Positions 57,501 through 64,000 of a stretch of DNA of 64,000 nucleotides are shown here, in pieces (position 1 is the stretch's first letter; every line of letters begins with the position of its first letter). Source of the stretch: a virus; the IMG/VR virus record IMGVR_UViG_3300046370_000603; one strand, written 5' to 3'. The translations under genes and the position numbers were made by a program. The notes beneath the pieces are model-generated. The model was not told the origin of the DNA. It was given only the letters and a program-made list of their open reading frames with translations, and did no database searches.

Positions 57501-58176
57501 TTTTAAAATATGCGGGAATGATAAAAATAATTTCAACAAAGCGAGTGAAAATTTTGTGACTCAAGAAATTTTAATTCCAACTGGATCAAGTTTAAATTTA
57601 GCCGAGCAAATAATTAGCGGTGTATCAGGTTGGAGCCCTGGAAAGTGTTATGAAATCATAGGTTATAAAAATTGCTCCTTACAGAATGAATTTAACAGAG
57701 GAGATAGAGTATTAAGCAAGAATCAGGTGTACGATAATTGCTCAGAATTTTCAGAAAATGAATTATTGTTCTCGGTAATAGTGAAAGAAATAAATTGTAA
57801 TCAAAATTCTCTAACAGTAAATTCTGTGATTGAATATCAAACACCGTTGACACCCAGCCCAACAGCATCTACAACTCCAACAACTTCACCAACAGCTTCA
57901 GCCACAACTAGTGCTACAACTAGCCCAACAACTAGCGCCACAACTAGCCCAACAACTAGCGCCACAACTAGCCCAACAACCAGTGCTACAGTAACTCCTA
58001 CGCCTGCGGGGGTAAATTGCTCTGGATGTGAGGCTCAATATGACGATTTCTTTGAAATGTATGCAACAAATTGTAACCTAGGTAGTTGCCCATGCTCATG
58101 TAGCATATTATTAACAGATGGTCCAAACTCTGGCCAGATGATGCCTTGTACAGACGATCTTTTCTCTGGTTGTTAA
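54565..58176 (+). CDS. Tail/baseplate protein with Thr/Pro-rich linkers and Cys-rich C-terminus
   Basis: Post-tape-measure position; GTG start; PTPT tracts. Confidence 0.65.
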   Translation: MNFNNVEILGISFQNNKFDSDLTFNRTKTISVSGYLLSLSNTEGVKTILQETNDIIEIENNLNTQDGSITHGLQEIFINSVSFGEGLVSNYSIKGDQIQDARYTATINFIESIDIANLKLSENKNNNLSFGDSDISANDFKYLRSIDEDFDFKNNGDEVEVNHSINCSFSRKQSLLPKRKNLWQNASIQTSKLINLRNKGKGSVKVLAGNTSTQSINLEAGTYVLEFEYLGQNSTSSGNCTVDCSGSSITLNTKKGNKRLEFEVSSTSSVNINLVANSTRDTFFDNFYLCNKTDLPLEKSRSLANFLLSSTPEYPIVLDSISDKYSVTQFFDNFETTESFDQINLNYSISKKLTFGDLDSSNNYSNKNTLTIEISEAGIITVTEKNEIKCLTEKTDAKIKNFTSIVEAASRDRCVSALSSYNNYYKSGCPTPTRTQVIDENQIYDIEESKSLVYNFKNGTSELTMVYSNDPQNIKSTDKYYKLQDSVNIENTEGYQLLSFNGSAKGKGDDSNTRKLNGKQALLDFDTNKDALINQIKTDHNLSGEFVEIGRTLSTEGFSGSITYGLTFSNKPSYSDMPESVKSLVKKYEIEVVSDERVGLFNEFAINCNAVAQVMGDLFQPKALNVSISVFGKKNVGIVDLVNASKAILVHKNLMFGLGSEGSKQDVENNYNKEEYTVKEDFSYNQVEDKVQYNRSVLDLSECLESDKGDANHGWIDLGNVPTPTPFASYVYNETEFEYSYTPPPVEDWNYDEYGYNFSTPIPFPTPTEIIDPTPTTYYVPTFTPTITKTPTNFPTPIITTPTPTQQFENVEVFIPENWNNSINSLMSISDYQLLYGKQCFDDSASITDLNERLISNSYANNSSVKDCIRAGSGDRWYSFIFAIPTGSNFTPPHSDDCEFFEVEVPVFFQESIECLIKSKTDGSCLGTNQNYVGAMVNPGTFEYSYEQVDVSSKIINSSSNNSSHPYFNNGIVVTGSTVFKICGNDKNNFNKASENFVTQEILIPTGSSLNLAEQIISGVSGWSPGKCYEIIGYKNCSLQNEFNRGDRVLSKNQVYDNCSEFSENELLFSVIVKEINCNQNSLTVNSVIEYQTPLTPSPTASTTPTTSPTASATTSATTSPTTSATTSPTTSATTSPTTSATVTPTPAGVNCSGCEAQYDDFFEMYATNCNLGSCPCSCSILLTDGPNSGQMMPCTDDLFSGC
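57901..57990 (+). repeat. 24-bp coding tandem repeat (TTSATTSP)
   Basis: GCCACAACTAGCCCAACAACTAGC repeated. Confidence 0.85.
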
Positions 58177-58178
58177 TT

Positions 58179-59846
58179 ATGAAAAAAGTAACAATATTAT
58201 ATAATAATTTAGATTTCTTTTCTAGTAAAGATTTGCCCACGCCTAAAATATCAAGAAGTATTTCAGATATATATTTTGGAGATAAAAAGGGAGTGAAAGA
58301 AACTATAATGCTTGATGGTGACATATTTTTCGAGCAAGATATTGCTGATTGCGATTACTTTAATTTTTTACAACAGAGGAGAGACGAATTAGTTAATGCT
58401 TTTTCTCAAGATTTCAAGCAATTAATAATAAAAGAAGATAATGATATTATTTTAGAAAAAGATTTTTGTATAATAAATGATATATCTTTTCCTGATCAAG
58501 GGTACAAAAAAACATTAGCTTATTCAATAGAAATTGAATGTTATGACGAGTTAACTCATAATGAATTTTATGGAATTGAAAATCCAGTTAATTCAACAAC
58601 TATAGAAAAATCAGAAGAAGAAGTTTACTCTATACAAAGATCTATATCAGCATCAGGGGTTAACACTCAAGACGGGAATCTAAATGGATCTAATGATACT
58701 GACACATCTTCTTCTCTTCAAAATGCTATTGATTTTGTTTTGAATTTATCGGGAGAAGACAATGTAATAAAGCCAAATGATGCTGGTGATGCTAAATTAG
58801 TTTTAATATCTCAATCTGAAAAAATAGACAGAATTAAAAATTCCATTGAAGTTCAAGAGAGTTATGTTTTGGATAAATTTGGATCGAGTTCAGACACTGG
58901 TGTTGTTCGGTATGTTATCAATAAATCACAACCATTTTCAAGTATAATTCAAGTTGAAATAAGTGGAGAAATAAAAGGGGGTATAAACTCAAATTTTGAA
59001 GATTTAAGAACTCAATTAAAAAATATAGATTTTTATCAAGAAATCATTGATGGATTTGGAGATGAAGGTTATAACAAAATTCCTAAAACAATAAATTTTA
59101 ATGAAAATAAAAAAGTAGGTGTGATATCATTTTCAATATCGTTTGATAATGACAGTACTTTTAATGATTGTGGGGTTTCTACCGCATTAGATGTATCCAT
59201 GGAGAGGGGCGAAGATAGTGTTATCAATGTTTCTGTCGAAGGAACATTATCAGCTTTAGGCCCAGTTTCTAAAAGATGGGATTTAGTGTCTTCAGAGTTT
59301 TTTAATAAACCGTATGATAATACTTTATATAAAAGCTGGATACATTCAGCAGCTCAACAAGAAATTAATAATTTTTTAAATAATGTAACATTATTGGGTG
59401 AGCCAGAAAATAGTAGTATAGAAGAAAATAAAAAAGCAGGTGAACTAAAATTTAGTTATACTTTTTCAAACAAAGAAAAGCCTGAAGATTTTAAAAACTT
59501 ACAATGTTCATCTACAGTTAATTTAAGATCGCCAAAATATTCTGTAGACATGAATTTTGGGGGAACCATGGATAGTTATAAAGTAACGCGGTCAGGATTC
59601 TCAAAAGGATCTATATCTATAGTTGCTGCAGGTGAATATATAAATAAAACTGGGAATGAAACAACAGATAAAAATAACGCCCTAGCAAAACTTAGAGAAA
59701 AAATTAATACATTATTTTCTGAAATAGAAAATGAGTTTTTCCAAAATGAAGAGTCTCTAAAAATTGGTGATAGTGTATCTTATAATACAAATAATAGCCA
59801 AGCATCAATAAATGAAACTAGAGAATATTTTGACTCAATAGTATAA
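58179..59846 (+). CDS. Tail/baseplate protein
   Basis: ATG 58179 two nt after previous stop; beta-rich. Confidence 0.65.
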   Translation: MKKVTILYNNLDFFSSKDLPTPKISRSISDIYFGDKKGVKETIMLDGDIFFEQDIADCDYFNFLQQRRDELVNAFSQDFKQLIIKEDNDIILEKDFCIINDISFPDQGYKKTLAYSIEIECYDELTHNEFYGIENPVNSTTIEKSEEEVYSIQRSISASGVNTQDGNLNGSNDTDTSSSLQNAIDFVLNLSGEDNVIKPNDAGDAKLVLISQSEKIDRIKNSIEVQESYVLDKFGSSSDTGVVRYVINKSQPFSSIIQVEISGEIKGGINSNFEDLRTQLKNIDFYQEIIDGFGDEGYNKIPKTINFNENKKVGVISFSISFDNDSTFNDCGVSTALDVSMERGEDSVINVSVEGTLSALGPVSKRWDLVSSEFFNKPYDNTLYKSWIHSAAQQEINNFLNNVTLLGEPENSSIEENKKAGELKFSYTFSNKEKPEDFKNLQCSSTVNLRSPKYSVDMNFGGTMDSYKVTRSGFSKGSISIVAAGEYINKTGNETTDKNNALAKLREKINTLFSEIENEFFQNEESLKIGDSVSYNTNNSQASINETREYFDSIV

Positions 59847-59859
59847 TAATATATAAATT

Positions 59860-62244
59860 ATGACAACAAATTGCACAAGTAAACATATCGAGGAATTCTG
59901 CTCTGTATTTGTATCATTGAACATGAATTTATCGCCTGCATCAGGCCCCACTATAGACGCTGCTTTACTTGGAGAAATTAATGATTACACTGATTTAAGT
60001 TTTAAGATTACAAACTACTTGAAAACAATTGGGATTCCAATTTTAAACCCATCGGAGTGGGTTGTGGCCTCTGTGACTGTAGATAAATCTTCTTCTGGGG
60101 TTGTCACTAATGTTAGATTAGTGGACGGAGTATGGATGGAATACTCAACAAAATATTTAGGGGCTGGACCAGCAAGTGGATTTTATGACACTCAGATAGG
60201 AAAAGAGTATTATAATGTTAATGGAATACCGATTTCAAGTTGGGACGATAAAATACCAAGAAATATTTTAGTTGAAAGATCATTTTTATTAAGCCAGTAT
60301 CGATTTCTGAATTCGGGCACTAGATTTATTAATAATGATGGTTTGCCTGAAGACGTATCAGGTATTACCGCAGCAGAGTTTGTCAAGAATCATAGTCCTG
60401 GATTACCTGATCCAAATGTTGAGTTTGGAGAATATTTTTACACATCAAGAGAATTGTTTGACGAATTTGATAAAGTTAAAAATGCTGATAGCATAAAAGG
60501 TTTATTTAATGATACAGGTACTTATTTTGATGTTCTTTCGGCTGTCGGAAGCAGGTTTGGCAAGCTATTTGTTGCAAATTCTATATGGGGTACTCAATAT
60601 TTAAATATAGATTCAGGGTACGGAACTAAAGAAAAGTTAACAAGTAATGGAATATCCGTGCCTGATTCAGCAATTAGTTCAAGTGTTACAAAAGATTATA
60701 GTGCAGGATATACAACTGAATACCAATTAGTAACAAGAACGCCAGGTAGATACCGAAGAGATCAACAAGAAGCTATTTCAAATACTACTAATAATTATTA
60801 TGTAAACCCTAGTGGAACATTTAAGCACGGAAAAGTTTTGCTGGGCAGTAAATTAGAATTTGATGATTTATATGATGTTCGTTTCATGGCTTGGAGTATA
60901 GTGAAAGATCATCCAATTTTTCAAGAACTCGGAGCTGCTTACGCTATACAGAAGTATGCTACCGAAATTGACGAAGGGGTTTCCGCGTTATATGACATGG
61001 GGCATTTACAAGGTTATACTTGGTATAAAGGAGCCCAAGAAGCATTGCAGGGTGAAGATTTTTTACAGAACGCTGAAGATTCTTTGTTTAATCATTCAGC
61101 TGCAACGGTATTACCGAACGACATAGACTTTGATGACGCAGTAACCGCATGGGAAAATTATAGAAGGTTTTGGTACTCCACAACAGCTGACAGTTATCCA
61201 ATAACTCAACAAGGTGATGCAAATGACAATCTTTATCCAGACACTTTTGGTTTTGAAAATTTTGGAACAGCTGCAAAACCACTGGGTAGTAGGACCTGGA
61301 CAATCAGTGGAGTAGCCAATTTAAGTTATATCCCTGGATCAACACAGAGTAGAGATTTTGGGTACACGGGTGATAATGCAACAGCTTCTATAGCAAGCAA
61401 AGTTGGAATTGAGCAAACAGAAGGAATTATTTTAGCAGATTATGGACCGATACCTTTTCCTTCTATTTCAATTGAAGCTAATATTAATGGAGCAGAAAAT
61501 TTTATAGATTTGAGTAACTCTACTTTAGCTAAAGGAGGCACTCAACTTGGTGGCGTGGCTGCTATTAATTATTCAGAAATACGAAGTCGAGCTTGGGATG
61601 TTTTTGATAGCGCTGTAAACACAATAAATGATCATGGTAAAAAAAGAACTGGATCAGCGACTACATGTTTTTGGAGCGGCGTTCAAGACCCTAATATGAT
61701 ATACACCTCAAATACAGCGGCGCTTGACAGTAATGGTAATAGAAAAAACAACAGCGAGTTAACTGAGTCAGAGCAAATAACGACTATTAATGAAAAAGTT
61801 GCAGTTCATAGAAGAGAGCATGTGCAAAATTGTAAGTCTAGTTTTGGATCAGTGGAGCCTGATAGTCAAGCTTATAGGCTTAATAGGCATTTATTTCATA
61901 AAGTTAGTACATTATCTTGGTATGAAGGGTATGTTTATAATTCAGAGAAACAAGGGGTGAGAGTTTTATGGAGAGAAGGGGGTAAAAATTATGCCCAATT
62001 TTATCCGTATGTATTTAATTGCGGGCAACCCCATTCCGTTCCTTTTATCGAAACAATATCTTTTAGTTTAGTTAATGAATTATACCAACTAACAGATGAG
62101 CAAATGAGATTTTTAGAATCTTTATCTATAACCATTAACGACGGAAAAATGAACGCAAAATACGCATTTTCAGAAAAGTCAAGTACCCCTGATTTTAGGG
62201 GAATGGACGCGGCAAAAGTTTCACTTCAAAATGTAATAAGATAA
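59860..62244 (+). CDS. Tail/baseplate hub-like protein
   Basis: Synteny, 794 aa. Confidence 0.55.
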   Translation: MTTNCTSKHIEEFCSVFVSLNMNLSPASGPTIDAALLGEINDYTDLSFKITNYLKTIGIPILNPSEWVVASVTVDKSSSGVVTNVRLVDGVWMEYSTKYLGAGPASGFYDTQIGKEYYNVNGIPISSWDDKIPRNILVERSFLLSQYRFLNSGTRFINNDGLPEDVSGITAAEFVKNHSPGLPDPNVEFGEYFYTSRELFDEFDKVKNADSIKGLFNDTGTYFDVLSAVGSRFGKLFVANSIWGTQYLNIDSGYGTKEKLTSNGISVPDSAISSSVTKDYSAGYTTEYQLVTRTPGRYRRDQQEAISNTTNNYYVNPSGTFKHGKVLLGSKLEFDDLYDVRFMAWSIVKDHPIFQELGAAYAIQKYATEIDEGVSALYDMGHLQGYTWYKGAQEALQGEDFLQNAEDSLFNHSAATVLPNDIDFDDAVTAWENYRRFWYSTTADSYPITQQGDANDNLYPDTFGFENFGTAAKPLGSRTWTISGVANLSYIPGSTQSRDFGYTGDNATASIASKVGIEQTEGIILADYGPIPFPSISIEANINGAENFIDLSNSTLAKGGTQLGGVAAINYSEIRSRAWDVFDSAVNTINDHGKKRTGSATTCFWSGVQDPNMIYTSNTAALDSNGNRKNNSELTESEQITTINEKVAVHRREHVQNCKSSFGSVEPDSQAYRLNRHLFHKVSTLSWYEGYVYNSEKQGVRVLWREGGKNYAQFYPYVFNCGQPHSVPFIETISFSLVNELYQLTDEQMRFLESLSITINDGKMNAKYAFSEKSSTPDFRGMDAAKVSLQNVIR

Positions 62245-62498
62245 TGAAAACTGTAAAAGCAACTAAATTAATAAAAATGTATGCCGATGATAATGGGAAT
62301 GCTCAAATTATAATCACAAGTGACGGGCAAGATTTTAAAATAGATATAGACTCTGGAGATGAAGTTGAAGAAATTTCTTTGCTGGAAAATAAACCTAACC
62401 TATTGGAGCTAAAAATTAGAGAAATAGAGTATTGCTCAGAAGATGGAACAAAATACAAAATGTATGTACTTGGAACCCAAGCTTGGAAGGAAGAATAA
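62244..62498 (+). CDS. Hypothetical protein
   Basis: TAATG-coupled. Confidence 0.65.
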   Translation: MKTVKATKLIKMYADDNGNAQIIITSDGQDFKIDIDSGDEVEEISLLENKPNLLELKIREIEYCSEDGTKYKMYVLGTQAWKEE

Positions 62499-62500
62499 AA

Positions 62501-64000
62501 GTGGGGATTGGTAATTGTTGTAATATTGAAGAAAAAGAAATTGCTGATGATAGAATTAAATATTATGGCAGACCTTCAATTAAAACGCAAAAATATTTAG
62601 CAGGGGAATATTTTGCATCTAGAATAGAATCATTAAATGTTCGTAACCTAGGTGGATCTTTGAATCCATACTTTACTTACGATTTGAAAGTTAGTTCTGA
62701 TTATTTGGTTTCTTGCCATGGGTCTTCAGGTGTTGTTATTAATAGATACTCGAATAAGTCTATAAATTTTCACACTCATATAACGGGAAGTGGAGGTAAT
62801 ACAGGTTTATTTAATGGCTCAAAACAAGGCGATAAACAATATCAATTCTGGAAAGGTGGCGCGGGGGGGACTAGATATGGTTTTGATAATTTTGTTGGTT
62901 CTTACGGGGTAGACTTTTACACTTCATCATCAATATTTATTGCTAGAGGGCAGGATGTTGTTTATTACGATATAGAAAATAATAGTTACAAAAATGTAGA
63001 CTCCTTTTCTGGAACAATAGCGAATAAAGTTGCATGCTTTGGGGGATATCTTTTTGTGGGAACCTGTGGGTATAAAAATCCATCAACTTACACAGGCTAT
63101 AATTCTTCTAATTTTCCTGAGTATGGAAGTTTTATGGAAAATTTAATTCAACAAGCTAATCAAAAGCAATCGTCTGGCATTTTTGTATATGACATTGATA
63201 AGATACTTAAGGGGCAAAATGGTTTTGTTAAAGTAATAACTAATAGTAATTGGGGTAATATATCAGATGTAACGTGCATGAAATCTGGCGTTGGAAGAGT
63301 AGCTTTTGGCACAGTAAATGGCGCGGGCTACATAGAAATTGAAACGGACCCCGCAACAAACCTACAGACTCCTGTTGCTTATGGCTTAGGGGTTGGAGAT
63401 ATTATAACATCTATAGATATGGTTGGAGAAGATATATTTACCACAACAGCTAGACATTCTTCTGGCGCCGTTTTTAAAAACGGTCATCAATTGTTTTCGA
63501 CAGAAAATTATCAAAATCAACAATGGTGTTCTGATAGTTTTATTGGGTGTCTCGATTTTGATAGTTTTGAATTTTATGATGGAGCTTTTGCCGCAGTTAT
63601 GCCACAACCTTTAGATACTTACGGAATTTCTCAAAGAGTTTTGTCCGCAGCGTGTCCACCAATCAATTCCAAAAACACTCTAGAGCAAATAGGGACATTC
63701 CCTACGGGTATAGGCGCAGACGAAAATCTGGTAGCTGTAAGTTTGTGGCAAAATGGAATATACTTTTTTACTCATTCAGGGCAATTAGTTGGATCAAGAA
63801 AAAGTTGGGTATCAATACCAGAATCTTGTAATGAGTTTATTAGACAAGATGGGAGTACAGATCCCTCTGCCTATAACGCAGAATACTCTATTTCAGCTGG
63901 GCCAATAGCTGTTGGGGATGGTGATGTATTTGTGGCAGACTCTGTGCAATTTGCGTTAGGTGGAGTTTCTGGTCCTTTGATTTATAATCCAATGAAGATG
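62501..64000 (+). CDS. Tail-associated protein, possible beta-propeller, 3'-partial (not in ORF track)
   Basis: GTG 62501, frame appears open to window end (MGIGNCCNIEE...YLFVGT...GIFVYDI...VFVADS). Confidence 0.7.
   Translation, partial: MGIGNCCNIEEKEIADDRIKYYGRPSIKTQKYLAGEYFASRIESLNVRNLGGSLNPYFTYDLKVSSDYLVSCHGSSGVVINRYSNKSINFHTHITGSGGNTGLFNGSKQGDKQYQFWKGGAGGTRYGFDNFVGSYGVDFYTSSSIFIARGQDVVYYDIENNSYKNVDSFSGTIANKVACFGGYLFVGTCGYKNPSTYTGYNSSNFPEYGSFMENLIQQANQKQSSGIFVYDIDKILKGQNGFVKVITNSNWGNISDVTCMKSGVGRVAFGTVNGAGYIEIETDPATNLQTPVAYGLGVGDIITSIDMVGEDIFTTTARHSSGAVFKNGHQLFSTENYQNQQWCSDSFIGCLDFDSFEFYDGAFAAVMPQPLDTYGISQRVLSAACPPINSKNTLEQIGTFPTGIGADENLVAVSLWQNGIYFFTHSGQLVGSRKSWVSIPESCNEFIRQDGSTDPSAYNAEYSISAGPIAVGDGDVFVADSVQFALGGVSGPLIYNPMKM

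Noticed and set aside
1-64000. Stop-codon reassignment (alternative genetic code)
   Set aside because: Large genes are intact under code 11; TAA, TAG and TGA all end genes at sensible, often coupled, boundaries.

Overview
AT-rich fragment of a large tailed dsDNA phage (Caudoviricetes; a tail tube and giant tape measure but no sheath gene in the window, so probably siphovirus-like), genetic code 11. (1) 1-21.5 kb is an early/accessory region of about 55 mostly tiny ORFs with tRNA-Cys, an rIIA/rIIB pair, DUF932 and GP88-like genes and a probable ~420-nt structured ncRNA. Many of these genes have sigma70-type promoters whose -10 box ends 5-7 nt before the ATG, implying leaderless mRNAs. From 11.2 to 20.7 kb the region is divided into promoter-bearing gene blocks by ten copies of a 71-72 bp nested palindrome: 25-bp arm TAAGTNNTTGATNATCAANNACTTA, 21-22 bp GC-rich spacer centred on GGCWGCC, second 25-bp arm. 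The copies are half-swapped mosaics and upstream stop codons often form the first TAA of the arm, which suggests an integron-like cassette-shuffling system. No recombinase is visible in this window. (2) 21.7-64 kb is the late/morphogenesis block: PhoH, GT11-like glycosyltransferase, phage sigma factor, ERCC4 nuclease, HAD phosphatase, terminase, portal, protease/scaffold, capsid, neck, tail tube, sulfotransferase, chaperones, a 3533-aa tape measure and tail/baseplate proteins. The middle of the tape measure is a string of modules bounded by a G[FY]xPNF motif, including two PD-(D/E)xK-like modules and a 420-bp motif-to-motif duplication. All functional calls come from reading motifs and synteny by eye; no database searches were run.
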